From assembly GCF_037042905.1 (NCBI RefSeq), contig NC_087245.1, positions 9,984,001-10,048,000 on the forward strand: DNA of 64,000 bases. The letters are read 5' to 3'. This DNA comes from Lytechinus pictus. Lineage: Eukaryota. Shown here one piece after another: positions 15,201-28,900 of the stretch. Position 1 is the first letter of the stretch, and each line of letters starts with the position of its first letter. The notes under the pieces were generated by a model that was not told the origin of the DNA, made no database searches, and saw only the letters and a list, made by a program, of their open reading frames with translations. The translations under genes were made by a program, and so were the position numbers.

Positions 15201-18200
15201 CCAATGATCACCTCTATTTTAACCCAAATGTTTCCACCCATATCATCTAAATGTTTTATTTTATTTTTAAGGATTTTAAAGGGGATGTCAGGTCAGGCTG
15301 GGTGTCAGGCTGTATGAAAGATTCATTAAAGACTGAAAAACAAAAGAGTGTGTGTATAGTGGTCATTATTAAAATTACATTATTGTTGCATTGTAGATAC
15401 ATGTCCAATTTTGTATGTTTGATTATCTGTCTAAAGTACTTTAATGTAGGGGTCCTAAACTTGTATCAACATTTATCGATTTTTCTTAGAAAACAAAGAA
15501 ATGTTAGGACTACTGTATATTAACTGAGTTAATTGTTATTCTTGATGTGGTGGACTGCACTCCAACATCTTCAGCAGAAATCAAAATAGCTCCAAATAGA
15601 CATGAAATGATTTTCAGTCTGTAGGCCTACTTGTTGATGGCCAGAAGACATGAACATGGCATGCATATCTTCATGTAAGATTAATTAACTCTTATCAGCA
15701 GATTGAAAAAAATAAAGACATACAGAGCGTAATAATTTTCCAGGAATTCTACTTGAAATTGTATCATATTTCAATTAATGGTTTGAAAAATGCAAGATTA
15801 ATACGTGTTTGATTTCCTGTTATAATTGATTTCTCTTGGAAATGAAACATAAAAACCTGAAACTGAATGTACAGTGGTAATTACCCTGACAACATTAAAG
15901 CTGATTGAACCATAAACGAAGACAATCAGATATGTCTTCCTTTAAACAATTTCTGGGCCCTGTAACACAAAGGTTAGCAATTCATTGTTCATTTGTAAGA
16001 GGAATTCTGATTGGTTGCTAGTCAGTCTACTGAGCAAATTGCGATATTCTTGATCTATAGGTCATTTCATTTAGCGATTAATCGCTAACGTTTATGTTAC
16101 AGGGCCCAGGTCAAAAACTATGAATTTAGAGGGGTTGAGTTCTTAAAGTTGCAACAATAACAGCAACAAAGAGAAGGTCTATCTTATACTTCATGGGCTA
16201 TAATGCCTCTTCCTTCACAACATATTTTTCAAATCAAATTTTGAATTTTCCATGTGCTTCAAAGCAACACTTTCTCTATTGTGCCAATGGGTTTTAAACA
16301 TCCAGAATGACATTGCTTGGATATTTTGATTGTTTCAGATTCAGATTTATTTCCAACAGAAATGACATAAATATTGATACAAATCATTTTCATACATTTA
16401 TAACAAATATTTATGATACAAATTATTGTCATTATAATTATATTAAAAAACATCAATGATAATTAACATATATAAAGATATATACAAAATATGGTGCATG
16501 TTGTAGACAAATTATAATATATTATTTAAATAGAAAAAAGATATCTGTGGAAATGGGAGATTCACTCAATATATCCATGATTGTAAAATCATAATAATTT
16601 TGAACGAATATTTAAACCCATCCTAAGAAGAATTTCAGTAGATAGGAACACATTTTGAGATCGACGCATTTTCTGACATTTATGTGATTGAATTTAATTT
16701 TTCATACCATTAGTAGAACAATATCTATCAAATCAAGGAAATGAGTGAAATTCAGTGAGATTATATATGTGATGGTCTATATTCTATAGTTCAGATATCG
16801 GCAAAATGTTTGTTGATGAATTAAAAATAAAATCAATATTTGTCTCTTAAGACAATTTGAATTATGATAATTGAGTATCGAACTAGCTTAATCTTTTATT
16901 TGGTAACTCTCTTCTTTATTATGTGTGGAAGAATGCTGTTTTCAAGTTGACTGAATCCAAAAATAACGGGAAATTTCTGATATTGTGGTATTTAATGAAT
17001 CATATAAGTTGAAATACCACAGATCGGTTCACTGGTAATTTTTTTTTTCAACTTCCACTAGAAGTTTAACTATAGGAGTGTTGAATCCCTTGTACATGTG
17101 TATGCTACAAGTCAATCATGGATTTAATGGGTACATATTAAATATTATACACAAAGTGATGAGTCGTTAAGTGGATATTAGCGTCATCGTGACTTTGCTC
17201 TTCGAATAGCGACAACCTGATCCTCGTGTATTGGGCATTTAATTGTTCTTGCTGGGTTAACGACATATTTTTATTATGTCAAAATATAGGTCATAATGAC
17301 AGTGAAAATAGGTCAGCATAATGCCTGCTTTGTCTTCCTGGTGATGTGACCCAATTAGTATTCTCATCGTAATCTCTTGTTTCCTATCGCACTCTGCGTG
17401 CTAGTTCAGCCCGATAAACTCATTCACAGTAAACTTTCTCTCAGATACAGGTACAAAATATTAAAAGTGATTGTAACAGGAAGTTTGTTACAGTGAATGT
17501 TAGACACTGAATTTGGGAGGAGATTACTTTCTTCTTAACTGATTGTTTCTTGACAAAAAGTAATTATCATCTCTGAAAATTGCCAACCAAAAGTACATAT
17601 TTTATATTTTATTTTATCTATATCTATCTTGTGTAAGCGATGGAGTTTTCCAGAATTACTGGGTGTTAGGAGGGGAAGCTTTAAATCATATTATGTATTA
17701 CTTGCATTTTGAACTCCTTTGTTGCTATTGTATTCAATCAGTTATTACAATATGAATTACAGGAACTCTGATCATAATTGGAATCTATTGCCCTATATAG
17801 TAATCAGACCAACTCCGTCCTGAGTGACAGATATGGGATTGTGAGATCAATCACCTTTATTATATATTATTAATCACCCTTAATAGGCATTAACAATTGA
17901 TCAAAAGATGACTTTATTTTGGTTGAATTAGACATATGGTTATATCTTTTTCTTGTTATTTTGATAAATAGCATGCTCTGCGAGTCAGACCCTCTTGACT
18001 TAATAAAAAAAATATTTATGCATATAGACATCTTTTTGAGCTTTTCCACTTGAATGGAGATAAAAATGATGTGTAATTTAGCAGAAGCAGCAAACTGTAC
18101 GCTCTGACCATTTCATTTAAGCCATTCCCTACTTTGACCAATTACAGGTGGAAAGTTGTACTGCAGGACAGTTTGAAATACCAAATTGCAATTAAAACTA

Positions 18201-21200
18201 TCTTGGGTTTTATCGTTGTAAGCTTTCTACTTCTCAAAGCTATGTAATTCCTGAACTAGAATTTACAATTCTTTTTATTTTTATTTTAAAAAGTAGGATC
18301 GAGTCATGTCAGATTCTTTCAGGATTCCGATGGTATCTTACCAGTCAGAATCCGGTATTCCAGTAGATGTGTGTTGGGAACTTGAACAAATAAAAAAAGT
18401 CAAAGGTCATGGATTTTTATATTGCCAACGGCTATTTCTATAGTAACAAGTATTGAATAACATTTACTTTCAAATTGTAATAAATATCAAAGGGCAATTT
18501 CATGCTGACATTTTGATTTCAATAAATATAGAAAAGTAAGTACGCATATTTCATCTTAATTTTTTACTGAGCTTAATGCATTGAATCATATTGTGACGTC
18601 ACCTCCTAAAGCCGTACAACGGTACATTTTGGATGTTACTTCATGTGTGCAACGGTACGAATGTTTGACATTCAGTCTCCCATTTGCTCGCGTACAACAA
18701 GCTAAGTAGGCGTTGTACAATTTTATTTTGTTACACCACAAATGAACAGCTGCCCCATTCATTATGTAATATATATTTCATTAAAGCTCATTTCCTAGTG
18801 GTTTATCATAACTGAAATATTTTTTCTCATAGAAGCCTTGTAAACAGATCCGGTTGTTGATATAATGAATGCATCAGTAGAATCATTTCCAATTTCTAAA
18901 ATGACGTTTTTATGGAATTTTAAATTACATCACATGATGATGATGATGATGATGGGTTCTTGTATAGCGCCGGTATCCGCCTCAGCTGGGCGCTCATGGC
19001 GCTTGCTCAAAAATAGGAAATATCTCACAAATTCACAATACATACATGTATGAGGGAGCTGCTTGCATATATGACATAATAAATTTAGAATATCAATGTC
19101 TCTGTTATTCTGTGACATATTTAAAACCTTTGTGTTTCTGTTATTTTTTTTATGTTATTATTAATTACCTCAAACTTGGTGTTAGGGGTGCTGTGTGCAA
19201 TTTACAATGTAGGCCTACATTATGACATATAAATGAATATTTATAAAAGGTAAGAAAATAAAGTAGTACCGCAGAACGAATAAATAAATCTAACATGTTT
19301 TTCGTGCAGTTTTGATAGCATCTAACTAGTAATTTCCTTAAATGTGATTATTAAAGAGACTTTCTTGTTGAAAAATTCCATAAAATATAAATTATGAAAA
19401 TGGAATACATATGTTTTTATTTGCCTTGGGCAGTTCTAACACGTGTAAAATCCTAGTATATTCTGAGCATTATTTTGTGATTGAATATCAATATCTCTGT
19501 TTGCATGAATTTATTATGCATTTAAAACGGTTATGATATACTTCAAGGTCTAACATCTGTTAGTTGATTGACAGACCCCTTTTTAACCAATTACATGATA
19601 TAGCATTCAATTGGTATTTGTCTGTAACCTATTTATAACAAAGGCTAGGTAATGTCACATTACGTACAGCTTTTTGAGCAACTAGAGCAGACAAAATAGA
19701 TTGAACTAGGGCAAGCACAACATATCATCTCCAGAATGGGATACAAATGGGCAATTGACACATTTAACAGTTCCCCTTTCTATCCCTTTAGAACAATTTC
19801 AGTATCTTTTTCATCAACATTCTGGTAAAGAGGGCAAGAGAATCAATGAGAGAAGACAAGGAGGAGTGGTGTGCTCCTTGTTTGGAGGGTTCTATATGGG
19901 ATGAGGAGGGAGACTCTGATTGATTTCAACACAACATGGATGAAAAAAAGAAGGTCTTCCAAAACAAGAGCCTTTTATGAATGTTCCAGATTCTAGAATA
20001 AGATTTGCAAACAAAGAGAAATGCAGATCTTTGAGGAAGGAATGATGTTGTGCACACTGCGCAAGTCAGTCAAGAATGCGATTGCCGTTGAAAAACATAC
20101 AAGACCCAGTTCAATTTGGCAACGGTAATGAAAATAAGAGCGAAAGCCTGAAATTGGCGGCGGGGCCCTGGCTGGAAAGAGGTTAACAAGCGGCTCTCGC
20201 ACCGTCTCAAGCCTGATTTCACTAGGATGAATCGAAAGTGGGTCATGGAAAAATGCGACCCAGTTAATAATACAGACAGCCAAGCGCCCCGACCCAAATA
20301 CGCCACTCTGCGACCCACATATCTCTGAGACAAGAACAGAACACGAAAGCATGTCTCCTTTGCCTACAAGGAGGAGGAGAGAGAGTAAACAAAAGAGGGT
20401 TGGTTCTACATTGTAAGGTGGTCTCAATCTCACTGGTATCCATATCACATGTGTCTGCTCAATGCAATCAACATCTTTGTGATAAATGCTGGTGTGGATG
20501 CAACCTATTTGAAGGGATCGCTTTCTCAATGCGTGCGCCATCGATGATGGAACCACTTAGCATGCATCAAAAACAAAAACTTGATTGAAATCAGATCCAT
20601 GATGCAAATTGCCTTTTTCATTTACCTCCCAACCTAAATTAATTTCCCATGTAATATTATACTAAGAAAGCAAACATGATGTAAACGACTCACATTTGAT
20701 GTGCATAAATGTATAATTCTTCCTCTTTGTCATTAAAAATATTCCCATTTTATTAAATTCTTGAAAATCAAGATGATATACCTGTATATACAATGGGAAT
20801 CATTGCTGGATGTGTTATAATCATTTTATCCAGGATTATATACAGTATTGTTAAGTCATCTAAGAATTTACCCCAGTACTTATTTGATTCCAGAAGGAAC
20901 ATTATTTGGTTTCAATCAACATAGTACAATGAGTAAAAACTGTGGTCTCAATATTTTTTTTATTATGTTAATATGTAATTATACGTTTTAAAATATCATT
21001 AATTTATTCTTTGATGACTCTTGCAACGAGACTCATTCAAGATGTATACATGTAAGCAATGTCATTATGAAACTGATCACTTTGCTGTTTTTGGAGTCTT
21101 GAAGTTGAAAGGAACATCAGAAATGAACGATGAAATGAGAATCATCGCTTGAAATCCTGACAATTGTGACAGTTGAAGAGGTTCACATTGCATGCTCTAT

Positions 21201-24200
21201 ATAAAGAGGAGTGATGTGAGAGTTGTATTACTTGAAGAGGAGAACCCTTAGTTTTGTAATGATAGTCTATTGACGATCCTTGCTTGCTCTATTTACTCTT
21301 GTCATATCTTACTGAAGACTGTTATCATATATTTCTATACCTCTTATCAGTAGTGGTGATTTTATAGGCCTAAACGTTGTGGCTTAAAATATAGTTGATA
21401 AATCACTAGACTCTAGTGTAGAAAATTCAAATCCCATCCCATTTTACAAGACATTACTCTACATTTGCCACTCTCCACCCAGGTTGGACGTAGACAATAA
21501 CTTGTCCTCACAGAAGTTCTAAGCAAGCTGCTAGCTGGCTGATAGCTACATGTATATAGGGACTAGCAAGTGGATAGCTTAATAAGCGAGTAATAGTGAT
21601 TTAAGCGATCTTTTAGCATAGCTTGCAGCACACTTAAATACCTGTAGGGAAGGAATGTAATGTCTCAGTCTCATGGATGTTATGACTGCTATTATTAAAA
21701 TAAAACAATATTATTGTTGAAGGGGATCCAGAACAATCTTTCTTTATGATTATCCTGGTCATCGGATGCTGGCTTGTCTGCATATTATACCATCCCTCAT
21801 TTCACAAACTGACAGAAATTTTGAAAAAGATATGTTTTTTATTTTGAAATTTTTTAATGATAGCATAGTATCATACCATAAAAATGAATTATATTTTTAC
21901 AGATTTCTTCAGTTAAATGTATGCAGAAGATCTGTTTGAGTGGGCAACACAGATGGCAAATTTGTGAGATTTTTGGTCCATGTAGGGGATGGGGGGGGGG
22001 GGGGTAGTGGGGAATAGATGACCCTCTCCCATAGACTTCTGTACATAATTTTAAAAAATCAAGGGGGTGGGGGTTGCCCCCCCCCCCCATCGCTGCCAGT
22101 GGTGGACAATGTATGTCATTTTAAGACAAATTAAATGTTTCAGAATGTGCGACATTGAAAACATTCAGTATCAAGAGCTTCCAAGCTCAAATGGTTAAGG
22201 ATATTATTTTTGGTTTCCAAACATGAACTTGTTATTTGGCATCCATAGACATGATATAGCTTAAAGAGCAGATTTTGTTGCAGACACTGCTTTTTAGTAT
22301 TGGACCTTTGCCAAATGAATGCCCTGTACACTAATTAATAATTATATAATTATCTGAAAGACTTGTACAATGAAGGCAATAGTCAAAGGAAGAGGACAGA
22401 CAGACAAACAAACAAACAAACAAAGAAACTTTAGAATTATGGACTGAGGTATAGTGCCAAGTATAAATAGGGTGATCGGAGTTGACATTTACAACATTAC
22501 AATATTTTGAAGACATCTGAGCATAGATGACACTCAAATATAGATATGTATTCAACCCATCTCGATATAGGTTAGGTAGATAGAACGGGAATAGGATGTA
22601 TGTGTGTGGTCGTCTGTGTGGTTTAAGCTGACCTATTTTCTTGAAATGAATATCTTGGCTTCTTGGTTTCCGTCATCTTGAATACTGCTTCTTGAAAAAG
22701 AGAGGATCTTGTCTATATTTAGATATCTTGGGAATCATAGCCTACCTTTTAGAACCTTCAATGCAATTACCAATATTTGTATCTGTCATCTTTCTTCAAT
22801 ACTTTAGTATAGATCTGTATATTTATTTCCCCTCTCTCTGAAATACAACTACACTGGTGGATCCAGGAGGGGCAAAGCCAGCCCGTGCCCCCCCCCCCCT
22901 CTTTCGAGAGGCACAATTAAAATTTTTAATGTAAAATGTTAAAATAGAAGTGTGCCCCCCCCCCTTTTGAAAGTGAAGACTTTTTTTTTTGCTTGTCAAA
23001 CCTTTTCATGGACGAAATGTCCTTCATTTTTGGTTAAAAACCTTCCTGTTTTTTCTCGTCAAATTTTTCCTCGGAAAATGTGCCTCCTTTTGGAAAATCC
23101 TGGATCCGCCCCTGTATAACTATCATATTTTCTATTCCAGTCTTAGTTAGGTCTGCCTTTGTCAGTGAACATCTGACAGGTGTGGATCTGGGAGAGGGGG
23201 GGGGGGGGGTGGATGGTGGGGGTGCACCCTTTAAAATTGGAATATATGCTGCTGCATTTTGTAGATTGCCTTTATTGTGCACCCCCAAAATGAGCAAGGA
23301 CCCTTTTTTTTTTTTTTTTTGCTTGTCATATTTTTCAGGATATGAAATGTCCTTCATTTTGTGATTGATGACTTTTTTTAACGGGGGGGGGGGGGGGGGG
23401 CTTGTCATTTTTTCGGACAAAGTCGGATCAACGCCTGTCTGAATATCTGGTTTTTTTTTTTAAAGAGGGGAACCATATTTTTTTTCGATCATCTTCTCTC
23501 CCTCTCTCTCCATCATTCCATTTTTTTCATTTCTTTATGTGAATATCTCCCTTTGTCTCTTTCCTCCCCATCCTTCCCCAGCTTCTCTGTACATTATAGT
23601 TCTTTTCTTGTAAATATATTTATCTTTTCTTTCTTCCACAGTTAATAATTATTATTAACTGTGAAAGAAAGAAAAGAATATTTGTTGTACAGTCTGAAAA
23701 ACAAGAGAAACTATCACTGGACGAAATTGAAGTATCATTTTAAAACTGCTGAATTTCATTTTTTCCTGCATCTTGTTTCCTGTGTCTGTTCTTTAAACAC
23801 AGATTGCCCTAATTACAATTCTAATGAAACAAAAATTAGAGCACCATTTGATTTTATGAACATGTTATCCAATGCATTTAATTAGCCACTGTTTGTCTCG
23901 CTCTATTTCTTCCATTCTTTCTGTTTTTGATGAGATAGTTACATAGTATAATTTCAACTTTGTTACAATTCATAAATTGTCCATGCCTCAGGTGCACAAT
24001 GACTTTCCTCTCCCAGCCAACGAAAACAAAAGGAGAAACGCTACTGAAATTAAATTAGGAAAATTACGTGCAGACCACAAAATGGGTAAAAGTAGGCCAG
24101 ACCTAAATAAGGTAGATTTGCTCCACGAAAGGGCAGAATGGCAATCTGGGAAGGGGGAAAATACGTGAAATTAGAACATTCCATTTAACATGATTGAGTG

Positions 24201-25895
24201 ATTTCTGATTGCTCATATGGTTGGCTGGTGAAGGAAGATAAGGAGTGATTTAATAAGCACTACTCAAAAAATGGAGACATGATTTTGAGAAGGCTGGCCA
24301 ATTTTAGAGGTTCTCACGATGTCATTGTCATTACTTTTTCTATGAAAGAGCTGTCCAACTACAGATCTGTCAGAAAATGGCCAGTTGTGAATAAATTGTA
24401 GCAATATTTCCTAAAAGTAAACAATGTTTGACAACAACAGATGTCTTTATATATGCAAATATCTTAGGCTGTCACTGTCAGTGTGTATTTTGCTAAACCA
24501 TATGAAAATTCCAGTCTGCACACCTTTTTTAAATATAAAGTTAGCCCAACAACAAATGAATTATGGAATTAATGATTTCTTTATTTATGAATGATAATAT
24601 ATGCCTGATTATTTCTGGTTAGTAAAACAAACCACACAATTAATATCAAACAGTGCCTAATGTTCATGAGCAATAGGAAACATTGGAAAAAATGAATGAT
24701 TAGATTCAAAAGAGTTTTTTTTAGTGACCAATAAAATGAAACTTTGACGATGCATTTTGTTTAATTATCTATTTATTTATTTTTCCTTTCTAGATTTTGA
24801 TAAAGACATGAACATCTTGTGTCAGGTATGTGGAGATAAAGCATCGGGGTTTCACTATGGAGTTCATTCATGCGAAGGATGTAAGGTGAGATCATGAAGT
24901 AATTCTAAGCATTGCCATTTTAATGATTTCAAGAAAAAAGTTAACCCCAAATTGCTTTTTGAATAGGTACTGTAGGTGATGAGTGTCCATGAGCGTTTGA
25001 GATATAATTCTGCAAACAAACCCCCAAAAGGAGAGGGTCAACTTTGTAAGAAACTCAATAACCCATTTTCTTTGTTCCAATGTACATGTAAATGATAGTT
25101 TATGAAAAGGTGATAATCATGCTCATACCCGCTTGGATATGGTTTTCTTTCCCTGGTGGTCTAGTTATATTTTTCTGGTGTTTCTATTAAGATTTATCTT
25201 GCTACCTTAATCTCAGTTATATATATATACCTTGCCCTTTTAGTAATGTATGAGGTGACCATTCTTGTGCTATTACAAAGAAACAAGTTTTATTGTAACA
25301 ACTTTTGAGTTAACAAGTCAGAAGCAAAAATTGGATATGACATCATATTTTGTGCTGATTTTTTTTATGGAATGAAAATTGGGGCATGAAAACAAAATTA
25401 TTACCGATTAACCAGGTTTCTTAGTTTTCATTGTTTACCCAGGAAATAAAAACTGGGTCAACGGCCCACTTTTTAACGCAAGAATGTTTCCTCTCCACGC
25501 TAGCTCTTGGCCCTTCACCCCACCCCCTTGATATAATCTGCCCCGCCCCCCTTGGCGTTGGTGGCGTCCATCCAAGAAGACTATCATTCCATCTGATTGT
25601 GCTATATTAATACTTCATGCACATCCTGCTTGTTATTGTATCATATAAACAGTACAATAGATGATAAGCAACTTCTTATACGAAGATATGTTTGTTATTA
25701 AAGACCATCTATACCTTTGGTAATAATAAGGTGAACTATAACATTTAGCTATTTATCATTCTGTGATCATTCGCAACCTTTCAAAAAGTGACAATTTATC
25801 AGTTTTCATTGTGGATTTTGTGAAAAGTTGAATTTCAAATCAGATTTAGTGCCCTCTCTCTGTACTATTTGTCACTTTTAAAGTAAACTCCCTCA

Positions 25896-25940
<45 letters not shown>

Positions 25941-28900
25941 TAACGCTCTGTTTCAGTTAAAACATTGAGCACTTTCCCTGAACTTGATACATTTCAATTT
26001 AATTTGTATATATATATATATATATGTATTTGCTTATTTATATATTTATTTATTCACGTTTTCTTTAAAAGACAGGGTTGTCCCATTCAAGCCAAATGGC
26101 CTGCTTTACATAAAATATAAGTTGGAAATGAGAACTGTATCTTGAAATTTTTGCCTCAGTTCATAACTATACTTCAGAAGTGGTTCCTAATGTATTCTGT
26201 ATATTTTTTCCTAGATGGTGTTCATTTTCCTATTTAGAGAGTATTATATTCTGAAATTTCCTAAAATAAAAGACCATGATTAGACTTAGAGAATGACGGA
26301 ATTGTTAATAACTATATTTTACTTTACTTGGGGTACACATTTTGTGGATTGTGCTGCTTTGTAAATTCATAGACTGTTAGTGCCTTTGGAGATCTTAAAC
26401 CTGGACATTGCAGCTCAAAGGCTTGGGGCATTTTCCACTTCTTCATATCATTTTATTGTAGCTTTGTTACTGCACCTGTTGTAAATATTAATTGCATCAC
26501 ATTTGATGTATAGCCCTATTCCCCCTTCTCTAATTTATTCAGTGAGTATTAAATGTTGCAAGGCATTGAGTATACACTTACAGTTAAAACCCCAATAAAA
26601 ATGTGATAGAAATGATCACTTGAAAGATTTTTTTTTCATTGCTAGCACATCTCATCCAACACATGTTACTTGTTTGACTCAGTGGGTGCAACCACAGGGG
26701 GGGGGGTGGAGCTATCCCTGCTCCTATGATTTTTCAAGTAGTGAAAAAAGGAGAAGAGGGGGGATATAAAAGAGGGATAAAAGGATGAAAAAAGAGTACA
26801 TTACAAAAAATTAGATGTTTGGGCGTTTAACTCTGTAATACCCATATGATTAAGTGGAGAACAAATATGACATTACCTTGTCATCTTGCTCCCTCCCCCC
26901 ACCCACCCAATCAAAAAGAATCCTTGTATGAATCCCCTGTAACCCATGGCTTGACCAGAAGGGAACTGAGTTTACATCCATGGCTTGACATAGAAATTGT
27001 TCTCATTATCATCCTGAAACTGGTTTACTGGAAACTGGTTCAGGAAACCAGTTTGGAAGATCGCTTTGCTAGCGTTCCCATTTGATCACCAAAAAGTGGT
27101 TTTCAAAAGAACTTCTTGTAAAGCGGTCTTGTTGCTATGGGAATGCTCTCAGTAGAGGGACATGTTTCAAGAGAAATTTGAATCAGCAGCATATACATTC
27201 TACACACAGTGTGTGGAACATGCTCTTAATGTGCGAAGATTGCTTCCTGAAGAATGGTTGTGTCCTTAGCTAAAACCAGTTTAACGAGGCAAAGCGATCT
27301 TGAAATTTGCATCGTTAGGTCGTTTTCCGATTGCTTCCAAGACGGTTTCGAGCGTTCTTAAAACACGTTAAACTAGTTTCTACTAAACTATAGTTCTAGA
27401 AAAATTGTTTTAGGATGGTAATAAGAATGGGGTCATCGGTAATTTAATTGACTTGGCAATAATGAAAATTTATAAATAGTTGTACTTTTCTTTTTTCTCT
27501 ATCTTTATGCGTGAAATTATTATTTTTGTTCCTGCTCAGAAGTATTACCAACTTAAATTATCCAGTAACACCATTTTCTTCTTATTACCCTACCATCACT
27601 TTACTTTAGAAGTGTACTTCTATTACCTTTTATATCACTTGGGCTGTTTCATAAAGCTGCCTGTTACTAAAGATGCAAATGACTTTATGATGAAGGGAAT
27701 ATGTAGTTATGATTTTTATCGAATTCTCAATCATCTAAATTGGCATTAGCTAAAGTTGAAATATGATCGTTGTAGATTAAAATATTGTTGCTAATGGTAA
27801 TATCATGCATTGAATTAATTATGCATTGCGTTATCTGTCAAAAATTTAGAATTAGGGTTATAGGAAATTCAGTTGCACTATTTCATTTTCAACAACACGC
27901 CATGGAAACACTAAAAAATTATATTTTGATAGGGGGCGTCCCTCACAGATCCTTGTAATGGGGGGTCTAAGGAATTGACCATCATTTGTAAAATATTGGG
28001 TCTTGGGAACTTCACTGTATGATCTATTGGGTAGAGTGAAAAAATCTTAATCTATATTATTTCACCCCAGTAACCCTCGCTTTTGTGCTGTATTGTTAGT
28101 ACATATGTGGCTGGTGTGCAACTAGCGTAGGCCAGCTCTGTGGATGCCACCGAGTAACCAGCTAGCCTGATTTAGGTGCTCCCCCACTTGCAAATGGATA
28201 TCTTTCATAAAGGGGTCTTCGGAGCAGGGTTTAGCAGCCTCTGTGAGCAAATCTTAGTATATATAGAGAACAGAAATGGAGGTCTGAAATAGGAGGTCGT
28301 CAAAGTGCCAGGTCCACGTAACTCAACATGCGTGAAACCTATACACCAACATCATAAAATAACCAGTACACAAATGAAAGGATGTGGTACAACTTGCCTA
28401 CAAAATAGGCCTGTATGAAAATGGTCATTTTAAGATGCAAAGAGCAGGCAAAGAGCCTTGGTATATTGCTATTAGCTGAATACAATATTTATTGTAGAAG
28501 AAATCTTCACCTCCCCTTCTTTCCACTCCTGCCACCCTGCTGTTTTGATAATGGTTATCCCAATTCCCTTTTATTGAACAACTAACAAGTATTTTCACAC
28601 ACTGTTTCTACCATTTATTACCATCTATACCACAATTATCAATCTTCACCATACTAATATTAATATGGCCCAAATACAGCGCAGCTACTATAATTGCATA
28701 TGCTCTACTGTGCCTTGATACTTGGTATCATATTATTACCCCGGCTGTAACTGAGCTGCCATATAGGCACTATAGCATTCAAGGAATAAATCCTATTGGG
28801 TAACCATTCACCTCACCTGGGTCGAGTGCAGCACAATATGAGTAAATTTCGAGCTGAAGGAAAAAACGCCATGGCTTGGAATCGAACCCATGTCCCTCTG

